A DNA stretch of 63,818 bases, filler included, from Collodictyon triciliatum (GCA_043381765.1; 9 parts of 9 records of this genome joined end to end with filler, not necessarily neighbours in it); one strand, 5' to 3'. Positions 15,721 to 30,147 are shown, counted from the first letter of the whole stretch. A program made the numbers and translations. The notes: generated by a model not told the origin, from the sequence alone.

Positions 15721-18700
15721 AAAAAAAGGGAAAAAAAGGGAAAAAAGACACACACATACAAACAGCCAAAACTGAATTCGTTTATTGATCTCCTCGCATC
15801 TAATCAAGATTCGGTGGGACTTGTTCTTTGGTCAGCTCTTCTTCTATTCCCTATGGAGTTGCAACGGGACTATGCACCATCTCTGAACAGGTTTTTTTTT
15901 TTTTTGTCGTTTCTCTGGTGCATTTTTATCTAAAGAGCTGTCACATCTTTCTGCCAGCAGGCGTCATTCAGCACTTTATTTGTAATTCACGGAAGAATAT
16001 TTCAATTGGCGTTTTGTACAGGGAAGTGTGGCAACCACTGGGGAAGAAAGTATGAAAGGAGGTGGATATATCTCCATAGTCACGTCCAACAGCATAACAA
16101 TATTTGGCAAAATCAGTTCTGATGGGCAGTCTGCTCGATTGTCAAATTCGGCGATTGGTGGAGGCTCTGGCGGATGTGTTCGTATAATAGCAAATGTTTG
16201 TTTTCATATACAACTTGTTCTATACTTTCTTTCCGCTTCTTTTCGTGATAGGAAATTCAAGTGTAATGCTCAAACGTCGCCAGAGCAGGCCAAACTTTCT
16301 TTGCTTTTCCTCACTTCTTTTTATTTAATAAATGCTCCTTTACCCTCATCATGATTGAAACCAGCAAATACTTGGAAATGGTACTGTGAGCGCCATTGGG
16401 GGAAATGGAAGCACACCCAGAGTTGAATTGCTTGATGGTGGAGGTGGTGGGAGTGGAGGTCGCGTGATGGTACGTTTTCAATAGAGCAATCAATTCCTTC
16501 CTTTTCTATATATTTTAATTCTTTTATGTATATGAAGTTAAATGGCACTTTTAGATAGACTCACAAGCGAACCTCATAAAAATACACATTAAATTTAATA
16601 AACTACAATTTTTTTTGTTTCCACCAACATATTATTCGAACGGAATTCTCTACAATTTATCCATGGGACTTAATAGTCATTTGTCGTTGAGAAAAATAAG
16701 CGTTACTTAAAAAAATGATTGATAGATTTACAAAGCATCCAAAGATGGCCTCGTCAATTTTGACGTTTCTGGAGGTATCTCCATGTGCGAAACGAAAGGA
16801 AGCGGAGCAGCCGGAACCTTGTTTACAACGAGCACAAAGACACTTGAAGTACAAGCAGGATAATTAAAACTTGATCTATTTTTATTAAAAATAGAATTTG
16901 ATGCAGTCAATGACTTCAATTAATTATAATTTGCAAATAACTTTAATCACTATCCAGGTCAATAACAACGAGAAACCAAATCCTACGCTCACATACTATG
17001 GAGAAGATGCGCAAACTGTTTCGTCTCTTGTTGTCAAGTTGAGAGCGAAGATAGCATCTTCATTTAGAAACAATCAAATCAATACTTTGAATTCCATAGT
17101 TGTTTCAGACTCATCAGAGGTAATTTTAGCAGCAGATTTGCGATTTTACAATTAAATATGAAAGTCAAATTACAATATCTTCTTTGTATGGCTGGCTATT
17201 CGGAGTACAGATATCCCCTTTTTCCTGCCATTATATCAAAAGATTGGTCTCTTCTTTAGATTACGGGAACAGACTACGTTAGTTTACATTCAGATTCCAT
17301 ATCCATTCGGAAATCTAGCTCTGTAAGTTTCATTTCTATGATTTATGTGACTTCTTTCGATTCGATTCAAACCTTTTGTTTAATATATTTTTCCCTTAAT
17401 ATTTCATTAAATTCGCACTTATTAATTTCTCAATAAAAAAAAATAATATCCCAGATTGATTGCAATACAATATCAATTCATGGTAAAGTTTTTACACTGG
17501 ATCGGTCATCCTCGATCGAAGAGAAGAGTGTATTTATCTTTGCATCTGAGCGTGTTGAAATAAGCGGATATTTAAGAACTGAAATAAAATTTTACGTGAC
17601 TCCTTTGCAGGTATGGCTGAATTTTCTCGCAATTTACATCAAAACAAGTGCATAATTAGCTTTTACTTTTTTCCTCTCTAATTTGGTTAAGTGATTAAAA
17701 AAATATATAAGGAATGGTAATATGATTCCTCGTGTTTCTAGCCTTACAACTTGGTTGTTAATATCACTGCGAGTGGTCTATTGACTTCGACAAGCATGAT
17801 GTTGAACTCATCGTTTATCTGGGTCGATGGCCGCTTATCAAATCTCGGTACTTTCTGCCCTGTATCCTGTGACCAAAACACTTTACCCAAGGTAATTTTT
17901 TTCACTCTTCTCTAAATATTCATAGAGTATTTCATTTGGGAAGATTCAGCTGTAACCATTCTGTCTAAAATATGTTGCAAGTATATCTATGTAGAAAATG
18001 CGATGCTCTTAGACAACCACCTTACTCTTACATTAGGATTATGGAATGAACTTTAATGCGCAAAATTACATCTATGTTGGGAAAAAGGGCAGCATCATCA
18101 GCGGATATATGTTTATGGAATCAAGCGAAGTGGTAATAACGATAAGGCCAGATGAATTGAATTTTTATTTGAAATATTTGTATAATTATCGTTCCGTCAT
18201 AAAAACAATAAAGCAATATTTTTCTGTTTCGCTATGATTTTCTTCATTCGAAACCTTATCTTGGTAGCTGAATTATGGATATATATCCGGAAGTGGGACT
18301 GGATGCACGAGCGATAAAGTTTGTTGTGGATTCTATTTACATTTTATCAATAGGGTTTTAATTGTTTTTTGTTTTGTTTTTATTCTCTCGACTAATTGCG
18401 ATAAGGCTGTAATACTTGATACCACCCATCACTATTTTATCGTACTATCGTAGGGACCTGGAAGTGGAATGGGTAATTTTCAGTCTGCAGGTGGAGGCGG
18501 GGGACATGGCGGAGGTGGTGGATATGGCTCGAATGGTATTTTGCAGGCATATTCGTTTTGACATACCTTTTTTATTTTAATTACTACTGTGGCATTAGAG
18601 TATTTTTGGAAATAATCATGTAACTCCTCCGATTTTTTTTCTCATGACTTTTCGATATTTTTAAAGATTTATGCTTGCCCTTTAATCTATTTAAGGACCA

Positions 18701-21343
18701 GATGGATCTGTAAATGAAGGAGGGCACTCTTATGATTTTCCCGAAAATCCTATTTGCCCAGGTTTTTTTTTTATTTTGTATCCTCGTTGTGTTCTTGTCT
18801 ATTTGTTTGCCCTTAGGTTTTCACAATTTTACGTACTGTCATATTTTTGTGTGTTGAATTTGTATTTTTCTTTCCTTTTTTCACAAAAATATCAAGGAGA
18901 TGGATACCCATACAAATATTCGATATAACCGTGTTATATAAATAAAATTCAAATTCTACTTCAGGAAGTGGCGGTGGAAGTACTTCAAAATACTCTGGTG
19001 GCTCAGGCGGTGGAGTACTCATTATTAAAGCGCATAAGAGAATTGTGAATGACAAGTTGGTTCTCCTTACTACTCCGTATTTTCAACTTTTTTCTTTCAT
19101 TGTAAAGGTTGAAAGTTATATCATTTTTTTCTCGTTTGTAATCTTTAGCTTCCTCATCTCTGATGGTCGCCCTGGCGCTACAGGGGAACAACCTGGAGGT
19201 GGAGGCGCTGGCGGATCAATCCAACTGCATACCCCAATCATTCAAGTGCGTTTATTTTTTATACTTTTATTTCTCGTTTTTTTTTTGTTTTGCTTTCTGT
19301 ACATATGGAGAAAAAAAAACTTTAGGAGTAACATTATGCATTAAAAACTACATACAAATGCCAAAAGATGGCACATACTTATCTTGAATATTTGCTATAT
19401 GCTGGCATTTTCTACGTTTATTTACCAGGGTATTGGAAGCATTACTGCATCAGGCGGGCCTGGGGCATCAAATAGTGGCGGTGGTGGAAGTGGTGGTCGC
19501 ATCAGACTTTACCTGGTTGACGAGGCTATAAACTCTTCTGCAAAATCTGATGTAATAATTTGTTCCATTATGGCGGGACTCTTCTATGTTTGTTTGTTTG
19601 TTTGTTTATTTGTTTGTTTGTTTGTTTGTTTGTTTGTTTGTTTGTTTGTTTGTTTGTTTGTTTGTTTGTTTTTTATTCCCTATGGTTTTAACATCTTCAA
19701 ACCTTTACATCTCCGGTAGATGGACTTTAGCTTTTCTGCTGAAAAAATAATTGTAAATGGGGCATCTGGTGCTGGGAAAGGTGACGATGGCACTGTTTTT
19801 TCGTCAAGTTGTCAATCGGGATACTATGGATTATTTTGCCTTCCTTGTCCCATCGGGTAATTTTTCTTCGTCTTGTTTATTTTCTTCATATCCTCCTTAT
19901 CTTTTTCCTGTCTTTCCCAGTTTTCTTCTTTTTCTTCTTTTTCTTCTTCAAAGAGTTGAATATGGAGCATTATAAAACCAACTCCCAATCAGCCGGGCTA
20001 GATTTATTTTCTATCGCCGCTTTACAGTTTGTATTCACGGAAATGAATGATTAAATATTATCAGAACCTATAAAGCCACCAATGGGAGCGACGGTTGTGT
20101 TCCATGCAATAATGCACCGCGACACTCAAAGTATACAAAAGATGCTGTGTTTGATGCAAGTTGCCCTTATGAATGCAAAGGAGACCGGAAGTATCCAGAT
20201 TGCTGTAAGAGTACTGATAGTTCGGATTGATTTAAAACCATGCAATTATACGTAAAACTAATCCATAATCGCACACCTAGCAACAATCTTTGATAATTTT
20301 GTCGATGACGCTGGAGGAACAATCGTACTCCTCATCATTCTTTGGATTCTTTTTTCAGCTGGTTTCTCTTACGTCTCAAAATATGTAATTAATTTCATAT
20401 AACCCATTTCATACTATTAATTAAATACGGTTCATGATAATGATAAAGCTCATACAGTCCGCTACTCTTATATCCTCCCATTTTTCTTGATACATATATC
20501 GTTCGACTTTATTTCTTTGATAAATGTGACTTTGAGAAGTTGAACATGTTTAAATACATTACATATATAACTCGCATTATGAAAACATATACCGTAGATA
20601 CACACAAAGATTTCCACACACAAGAACATTGTTTCTCTGTGGCAGACTTGGCACCACATAGCCAGAGCGGGAGATGAGAATTGGGGCGAGGCCAATACAC
20701 CTTCAAAGTCCCAAGGACAATGTTTCTTTTCTCTTCTATCAAGGGGCCATTATATCCCGCCATTTGCTTGCCTAGTTTTTTTCCCCGATTATTCTTTACT
20801 TCACGAGTAACTCATCCTCCAGCAATACTTTCTTAATTTATTTTTTGCATTTTTATTGGGTATTTTACAGCTGCACTTAAAGAGGAATCGGGTGGCTTTA
20901 TTCGATATGGAGAGTACGATGAATCACTGGCGGAGGACAAACCGATGGGGCCTATGGATATCAAACTCCACATAACGCGACTCTACTTCCGTGAAAACAA
21001 CACATATAGCGCTCCATGGAGACTTCAAACTCTAGAAAATCACGAACTGAAGGTTTCGTTTTGAAGAAAATATATCAAGAATACATAGATATTTTCATTC
21101 TAATCTTACCACTTGTAATCACGATGTTGTGATTGATTGAACAGAGGAGTTTATTTTTCTTCTCTTATCGAATTACAAGTCCTTACTTGTTTCATCACAG
21201 GGCAAAAGGGTTATTAATGAAGACGAATATTCACGCTTTACCCACCTATGTAATGAGCATGCTGCATGGAGAACTTGGGAAGGGCTTGTATATTTTATGC
21301 TTCTTTTTTGCTACCCACTGGCAAATATATTTCAATCGTGGAG
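14796..21343 (+). CDS. Large membrane protein with Gly-rich GGGSGG repeats, Cys-rich (TNFR/ephrin-receptor-like) module and TM region; At5g11700/At4g32920-like family; 3'-truncated
   Basis: Signal peptide MKVKRSAAFELLFCLVLCALLFPQSSA. Repeated GGGSGGCV / GGGGGSGGRV / GGGAGGSI / GGGGSGGRI. CQSGYYGLFCLPCPSGTYK..CVPCNNAP..CPYEC. TM TIVLLIIFWILFSAGFSYV. HITRLYFRENNTYSAPWRL and AAWRTWEGLVYFMLLFCYPLA match recalled family motifs (HVHRMYFMGPNTFSEPWHL, YQWWEG..YPLA). Confidence 0.82.
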
Positions 21344-22217
21344 GTAACACCAATCGAAAACACTTTGCTCTTTAGTAATTTGGCTATTCCGGGTACACTG
21401 ATTCTTTGTTTTTGTATCTTTGTTTGTTTCTTTGTTTATTTGTTTCTTTGTTTGTTTCTTTGTTTCTTTGTTTCTTTGTTTCTTTGTTTCTTTGTTTCTT
21501 TGTTTCTTTGTTTCTTTGTTTCTTTGTTTCTTTGTTTCTTTGTTTCTTTGTTTCTTTGTTTCTTTGTTTCTTTGTTTCTTTGTTTCTTTGTTTCTTTGTT
21601 TCTTTGTTTCTNNNNNNNNNNNNNNNNNNNNNNNNNNNNNNNNNNNNNNNNNNNNTTAATTAATTAANNNNNNNNNNNNNNNNNNNNNNNNNNNNNNNNN
21701 NNNNNNNNNNNATACATACATACATACATACATACATACATACATACATACATACATACATACATACATACATACATACATACATACATACATACATACA
21801 TACATACATACATACATACATACATACAAATAATATTCATTGAATATTGTTAGATAATTGGGAAAAGAACTACGTGAATTTCTTAGCGTATATTGCAATA
21901 CCGTCTTTGTCCTAAATATAACATAATAGCGTGATAAAAAGTAAACAAAGGGCATATTTCGCCTGAATAAAGATAAATTCAAATTCAGCTGTTTTATTAG
22001 TTGATGAAATTTGAAGGAGACGGATGGGGCAGTTTGAAACCCCCTCTATCAATCGTTTTCTGCAAGGTCATTTGTATAAGAGTATCAATGTGATATTATC
22101 TAAAAAAAAAAGTCACAACTTTGAATCGAATGAAGGATTTTTTTCAAAGTTACAAAAAGTGGAGACCGATGAATGGTTATAATATGCGTTTCCCCATAGT
22201 TTTAGTAAATAATTGTT

Positions 22218-25200
22218 TTATTCACCAAAGACAGGATGAATAGTATAATAGATGCGCGGGGCATCACGAGGACCAAAGATTTGAACTAAATCCCAATATT
22301 GGAGCTTCATCAAGTAATTCCCGTCCAAAATATCTGGAGTTGACTCTACTATTCGCTCAACAAAGATATTCAAGCTAATAAAAAGCTCTCGGATTTCCTC
22401 TTGGCTAGCAAGGGTGACGTCTATTTTTGAAGTTTTAGAAACAATAAAAAAAATTAATAAAAGTGGTAGCGTTATTTTGAGAAAATAGAAAAATAGGTCT
22501 ATCGATGAGTAATAAGTCTTGGTACCATTTATCTTCTTTATATGATGCTGAGGTTTTAGAGAATCGTCATTTTTTACGATCCATTCAATACTATCTCCTT
22601 TAATATCGGAAAATGTCCCGAAGGGCAAATCCATTGATTTAACAAGATCTTCTTGATATATCTTTTCTTTTTCTGCAATTGGATCCTTGTAACCTGAATA
22701 TTTAATGATGATTTTATACTTGGACTATCTGTTGGCTCCAAAAAATATAAAGCCAATATAAGAAATGGTAAATTAACAAAAACAAAACAATATGAACCAA
22801 AAGATTTAAGGATAAAATAAAAAAATCAAATGAATCAAAAAGTGATAAGGTTTTATGATAAATAATGAATGGGTAATATACTTACGCATATTATGGTAAA
22901 TCGTGGGAATTTTCTCCCTAGCAATCTGTTGGAGAAACATCGTGTTATGATCAAAAGATGAAAAAGCTCAATATTTAACACTGTGTGTGAATTGAAAAAA
23001 GGAATGTCTTCAGTGTGGCCATAAATTTGGCACTTTAAATTAAATATAGAAAATATCGATAGCCTACGAACCATAATCACAATTTTCAATTTCCCAAGTA
23101 ATCCATAGATTGACTTTAATAATAGAATAGCCATGGCAGTCATGTTTGCGATGGTAATAATTTCAGATGCAATTGAATTTGGACTTGGATCGAACACAGT
23201 TACACTTGATGCGATAATAGTGACAGTTTGGGCAAAAAAACATATTGATTCGACCTAAATAATAAAAATTTCGTAAAGGTGTAAAGACATTAAAAAGATC
23301 AAAAAATTCTATTAAAAGGAGAAAAATACATATATGATAATATAAATGCGATAAATATTAATTTTTACAATATTTTCTGATTCCTCATAAAACGGTCGTA
23401 TGTATGAAAATAAGCTGGCATGCATAAAGTATGCAGCTATAAGTCCACTGAATTGAGCCTTTGGATGTACTGTTTTAACTAAAAGGAGGCTTGCTATGAA
23501 TTTCTTGAGTATGTCCAAGAGCAATGCCAAGTAACCAAAGCGGAATCCCTATAAGATATTTTCATTCGATTATCTCTAATACCATCCAAAAATTAGTGAA
23601 TTGAGTAATTAAAGTTGTTGTTTTTATCTACATAAGAAGATGATTTCTTACTCTAGTTTCTATAAAGAAAGGTCCATAGCATTCGAATACTGAACTTGAC
23701 AGATGATTCCCTTTAACAAAGAATTCTAAGGACCTGTTTTCAAAGTCCGCTTTGTCAAGGTCTCTCACATGAACAAGTTGCCCAGACGGAAAAATTCCAA
23801 TCACCGCAGAAGGAGGAGCATTTGTATTAAATATATGTTTGGTCCTCACATAACTACATCAATTAACTCTCGTAAATGGGCAACTCGTAACTTAAATTTG
23901 AATATGATGTCTCACATTCAGATAAAAAGATAGAAGATACTTTAGTGATGTTTTTTTTTTGATTTGTTAATAAACTACATACCGTGAATATGGAGGATTA
24001 GGGTCATAAAGTTGCTCTATTATCATTTGTCGTCGATCTCTAAAATTTTGGTTCGGAAGTTCAAGTTCTTGAACCTCTGCAACAAGAATGGGAACCCCTT
24101 TGCCTCCATTAATGCTGTCAGAGTGCAAATAATTCGAAAAATACGGCACCCAAATAGGCATCGTTTCTTGTTCATCAGAATTTTCATCTGAAGCTGTTTT
24201 TGAAGTTCCCTTCAGGTTAAAATTTACTTCTGCCAGCTGCTCCACTGCTGCATCTTTCCTTGAATCACGGAAAGATTCTAGTTGGGACATGACTCGATTT
24301 GATGAATTTTTGTCATTTCCAACGTTTTGATCATCAATATCAGATGATTTTGATCCTTCAGCTGAAATAGTCTCATTTTCAAAGATCGATATGGTACTGC
24401 AAGATGAATGCAGAGACGCCTGGGAGGGAAGAGACATATTTTCATCGCCTGGAAATGGTGCATTATGCACCGAATCTGATTTCATAGATCTTTTTGAATC
24501 TAAATGAAAAATGTTTTCGGATTGAGCAGTTTCGAGCGTAATTCCAGACTCTAGATCTTCTGGAACATACTTTTTGCACATGTAAAATTTCCTTTCTTTG
24601 CTGGAAACAAAAAAGACGACTCTTTTTTCTAAATTGTAATCAAAGTATAGGACATATCCTATGAAAGCAACAGGATATAATATAATAACAAGTAAGGCAA
24701 GCTTGCTCGAGAAAGAGTCATCTGCGGATACAGCTAGAGATGCTGCCTTGGTTGTACCAAAATAGAAAACAAGCAATAAATAAATAAGTAGTTTCGGGGG
24801 TTCAAGGATTGGTGGTAATGGCTGCCTCTTAATTCTGAACCTGAATAAATGGATTGTCAAAGAAAACTTTAAACTCTAATATTTTACTTATTGAATAAAT
24901 TAACAGATGAATATATTAGATATTAATTATGTCTTATCAAACAAGAGTTACCATTTCACAGCTGTTAAGTAAACTAGGCACAATACCGTGCAACATACGA
25001 ATACCCAAAATATATTTCCGATAAACAAGATTGCATTCTGATTTTCTTCATTTTGAGAAGAGTCTTTCTGGTTTGATATATCAGAATTTTTGGACGATCT
25101 TATTTTGGATCCATTTTGGTGGATTCTTTCTAGGTTTGTTTCATTCAAAAAGTTCTGTGGAAAAAAAATGAATTGACTGAGTATAATAACAAAAATTTTA

Positions 25201-28200
25201 GGATAATATGATAAAAAAGAAAACTAGATTATTAGAGTATGAAAACTACTTGATTCAAAGGGCTTCTTGGTTTGTATTCAAAAGGTGGACTAAATTCCAT
25301 ATTTGCCCAACTTAATGAACTTGACAAACTTGTGGTTGATTCGGGCAAAGTTGCTCTTGTATTGGATATAACGTTTGTGAACTGTATCTGCCCAATCAAA
25401 GCCTGTTGGAAATTTTTTTGTATTATTTCAAAGGAATTAAATAACTGTAAAATTAATGGAGAACATAATTGATCGATACATATATATATATATCAGGAGG
25501 TAATATAGACTCCTTACTAAGACACCACTCGCACTAGCTACGCTACTTCCACCAGAACTTGCACCGGCAGTTGTCCCAACACTCGCCCCTACTGAACCTC
25601 CAACACTAACAGCCACCGTGCTACTCACAGAACTTGCAACGCTTGTAGCAACCGCAGTTGACACTGTAGCTATTACTGGGACAGAAAAAAATTATATCGA
25701 TTGCCTGAAAATTTATCTGAATAAAAAGCTACAATTAATACGCATTTTCTTTAAGTTAAATTTTATTTTAAGTTTATTTAATATCCCAGATACCTGCTGC
25801 GGTAATCGCATTTCCAAAAGAATTTGCAAATTGGGGTGATATTGCAACTTTTGATTCGCTTAATGGCTCCGTGATGATATCAAATGATACAGTAGATGAT
25901 AATTTCGACTAAAAATAATATTTTTAAGAATAGAAATTCTATATTTTATTTAATTATAATAATTTTCGATATTTCAGAGATGATATTGAATCATTACGTA
26001 TATTCCGATACAATATATGCCTGTGTAGTTAACATAATATTCATCATTCTCGAAAAATGTGAAATCTTTTTTTGGGAAATCAATCAAAATTGATTCAGGG
26101 AATCTGGATGAAAGGATGCTTAAATTCATCTGATATAAACTTAGTTCGGAATCGAATATTGCAGAGAAAAACTTGTCCTCCGAAAAAATGAGTATATCCT
26201 ACATTTTGAAAAGGTTGTTGAAATAAGTTTGCCAGCTAAAACATGAGTGCGAGAAAAGAAATGCATATATTATGATAATTATTCGATTTTTTCGATTAAA
26301 TGGATTAAAAACAAAAAAATTGAATAATTAATTATATTAAATTAGATAATAATCAAGTGAATTAGGAATTATTACAGGATAGGTATCAGATTTGTCTTTA
26401 GATCTAAATTTAAGCCTTGTTTTGGTTTCTTTTAAGTTGGACAATGAAAAAAATGCAGTCCACATAGAACCTAAAAATATTTTTAATTCCTTTCAATTAT
26501 ATTTTCTCATGAAACGACATTTTCTGTTATTTCTGTAGAGGCACAAATGAATAAAATTGTAAAAAGATGAAAAGATATAATCATCTTCTTTATTTAATCG
26601 ATAAAAATTGATATACCTCCATTAATTAATTGATTTGATATAGTAATCGTATCAGATGCTTGAAGCTGTAGTGGATATTCAAGTGTACCTGTGAAAAAAT
26701 AATTTTGAAAGTTAAAAATTGTGTCAAGTGCATACATTTAAAAAATGAAAATAACCTTTTCCTACTATGGATCCAGAATAACTTGCAAATAAATCCAAGG
26801 ATAGAAATGTTACGAAACCACGGTTTTTAGTGACAATCTTGCTATTAATTCTGTTTGATATTATAGTGTTAGCAATGATCGAAAAGCATATTGAAACATG
26901 TAAAATTGATGTTACTGTTGTAATTATTTGGTACCCAATTCTGGTAGAATTTGTCACCAGTAAGATGGAAATAGAGCATGATTCAAAGGATTTCAAATTC
27001 AGTCTACCATGTAATTCGGAATCATAAGACTCATACTAATAAGCACTATGTTTAGTATTTCAATTTACTTGTGTTACGTTTTGATCAGCATTCTATTTTA
27101 TGTCATAAAATGAGTATAATGCCTTACTTTCAATGGCTCATTCTCGACTATTTCAGGGATTTTTTCGATGTAAGGGATCACATCTCTAAATATTTGACCT
27201 TTATTGATAGAAAAATTCAATAATATTGGAGAGCCTGCTAAACCGACTGTTGATTTCGGGAATATAACTAGAGGATGCTCCATAAATGGTGAGATAAAAT
27301 GTCGCTTTTTGAATGAGCACCCGTCTGCAGTTATAGAATTATATTGACAAGTTGTATTCAAAGTAATGTCAAGAACCCCCTCCCAATTCTTTTCAGGTCG
27401 AAATAAAAAACTTTCAAAATCCTCTGTGTTTATAGAAAAAGCCATTTCAAAATTTTCTTTATAAAGTAAATTGGTAGAATTTGTCATAAACCCTGATATA
27501 TCTTCCACACCGAAAACAATAATTAAAGTTTTGCAAATGTTTTCTGAATTGTTAAAATTCTTTTCGAAGACCAAATTGAGTTTGAATTCTTGGTTTATCC
27601 ACGAAACTGTGCTCTCGTGACCATGATAGGTTCCACATTTTATGTCAGGAGTTATGGATATCTAGAAAGAGAAATTTAATGAGTCGAGGGGTTCTGAACT
27701 ACTTACATTATAAACTGAAACGATGCTATTTAGTCACGAATAATAACCTTATTGACGACTATTTCGCTAGTAACATTAACAGATGAGCACATTTGAACTG
27801 CTTGAGCGGTAAAGGAGAATAAACCGTAAGTCCCTCGCGGGTATTTAATAGCAATACCATTTTCATAATTGCCAATTTCATAGGTCGTATAATTTCCGAT
27901 TCTGAGAAATGTTCCGTTGATGGAAAAAAATGGTAATGGCAGAGTAATTTTGACGATGACGAGGCAATTCCTCTTGAAAAGAATATCAAGAGAGGGATAA
28001 TAGATGCAATTTCTGGATTCCAAACAGACTAAATCAGTAGAATAGAGTGCCAGACCTGAAATTTTTTTTTAATGCTGGTCAGTTTTGATTACGAAAAAAA
28101 AGTTATGGGAATCTAGTTACTTACGTTGCCTGATGGATGCCAGTAAATTGAGGCGAATAATTTATTAGTTAAAATTGCATAAAATAATTTGAAAAATAGT

Positions 28201-28836
28201 CAAAATATTTGATAGTTTTGTAAAGCATACCTTTGACTACTAGAATAAGACGACGTCATACTAGTGGCGAGGTTGTTTCCAGATTTCAGATATGATGATA
28301 AACTATTATAAAGGGCGTCAGATGACTTTATAAGAGATTTGCTGTGTGGAGATCTAGCGCTCAATATTTTACTGGGTATATTGCTAGTAAGATTAATAAT
28401 TGGTACTGAATTAAATGAATTCGATTTAGATACTACAATATGCTCAGATACAGACCGGGACTGTGATTGGGATTGGGAATTAGATTGGGATTGAGATTGG
28501 GATTGGGATTGGGATTGGGATTGAGATTGGGATTGAGATTGGGATTGGGATTGGGATTGGGATTGGGATTGGGATTGAGATTGAGATTGAGATTGAGATT
28601 GGGATTGAGATTGGGATTGAGATTGGGATTGGGATTGGGATTGGGATTGAGATTGGGATTGAGATTGAGATTGAGATTGAGATTGGGATTGAGATTGGGA
28701 TTGAGATTGGGATTGGGATTGGGATTGGGATTGGGATTGGGATTGGGATTGGGATTGGGATTGGGATTGGGATTGGGATTGAGACTGGGATTGGGATTGA
28801 GACTGAGATTGAGATTGAGACTGAGACTGGGATTGG
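22218..28836 (-). CDS. Large multipass membrane protein: (SQ)n stalk, beta-rich ectodomain, TRP/FLC-like TM block, C-terminal SAM-like domain; 5'-truncated
   Basis: [27 protein letters not shown] then [57 protein letters not shown] form a typical protist TRP_C-like TM series. Terminal exon ends [35 protein letters not shown]. Confidence 0.7.
28464..28836 (-). repeat. (CAATCC/CAATCT)n hexamer repeat encoding (Ser-Gln)n
   Basis: Reads QSQSQS in frame with the open exon [15 protein letters not shown] (donor near 28230). Unit variants are almost all third-position synonymous (TCC/TCT, CAA/CAG). Confidence 0.85.
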
Positions 28837-28936
28837 NNNNNNNNNNNNNNNNNNNNNNNNNNNNNNNNNNNNNNNNNNNNTTAATTAATTAANNNNNNNN
28901 NNNNNNNNNNNNNNNNNNNNNNNNNNNNNNNNNNNN

Positions 28937-29446
28937 TCACCACGGCCGTGTCTGTGAAGAAGCCTTTGTCCTTTTTGATCTCCACGTGGGTCGGTCTGAA
29001 CGGCTTCAGCTCCTCACGAAGGAGTTGCGGCCACACGTTCAGCAGTGGTTGGTACAGTATCACGGAGTCTGTTGGTCTACTTCTGCTGAAGCTGCTGAAA
29101 TATATCAAACTTACCTGCTTTAGCTCCAGAAGCTTTCGGGCGTTTTCTGCAGTGCGGAAGGCAATCAGGCAAAGGCCTTCACTGTCCGATAAGCGCAACT
29201 GGATGGACTCTTCCAAAGTTTGTTCGCTTCCAAGAAGGAGGCGAGCGCAACTGTAAGCCTGCGGGCCTTATTCTTGTTATAAACGACTTGCTTAACATCA
29301 TGCAAAAATACTGTCCGCTCAGACAGACTTGCAGGCGGCTTCCTTGCACGGGTCTTCCTGGACTTGCTTGCAACTCGGGGGTTTTCCGCACCAGTGTTGG
29401 AACTGGAAGCAGTGGTTGGTATATTAAATGCGCGCAAGTTAGTCAT
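28937..29446 (-). mobile_element. Probable non-LTR retrotransposon ORF1 (gag/RRM-like) 5' part, frameshifted
   Basis: Basic N-terminus, then GLCLIAFRTAENARKLL and SVILYQPLLNVWPQLLREELKPF..EIKKDKGFFTDTAVV, resembling L1-clade ORF1 RRM segments. One frameshift near 29265. No obvious long AT-rich introns. Confidence 0.4.
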
Positions 29447-30147
29447 GTGGTGTAATTATTGACGCCATCGAGAAATCGCATTTTAAATGAAACAAGCTCC
29501 AAAAAAAATTGCCTCATGGCTCCACTGCTAGAAGTTTCCATTCCAGCGAGTCTGTGTAGTTAAGCGACTGAATCATGGAATGTCCTGGAGTGTAAGCTTT
29601 CCGCCATTTGCTCAGTATTGTTTGCAGAGCCAGACAAACGGCGGGGCGGTTGAATTGTACATTGTAGCATCGCCAAGACTCACCACAAATGACTTCGTAA
29701 CAAGGTTGCTAAAAGACAAAGTAACAAACAAACTAACAAAAAAAAAACTGTAACCTGCATGACAACAGACACGAGGAAGTCTTTTTCCTCATTTTCATGC
29801 TAGCGACGCGTCGACGTGCGATTGAGAATCACCACTGCATGGGTCTGTACGAGCTTCATTGGTGGTACTTCAGGACATGATTCTCACTCTTCCTGACGCT
29901 CTTATGGCGCGGCACTTGCTCGCAAAATAATTCCTATCCTCCTTTTGATGTTTTTGCACGCCGTATTACTTTTCGTATCTCATGAGATATTTAAGAGACA
30001 ACCAGGCGAGGCCAACACCGATTGCATTTGTTTATTAGAGCTGGATATATGTGCTATCACGGTAAGAAGCGAGGTTTTTTCTGCATGTCGTGCGGGTCTT
30101 CTTCCTCCTTGAATTACGATTGCATGTCAAAGGAAAAAGCAGATGGG

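Noticed and set aside
28464-28836. (GATTGG)n at a scaffold end as a telomere
   Set aside because: Variation is synonymous in an open SQ frame continuous with an exon.
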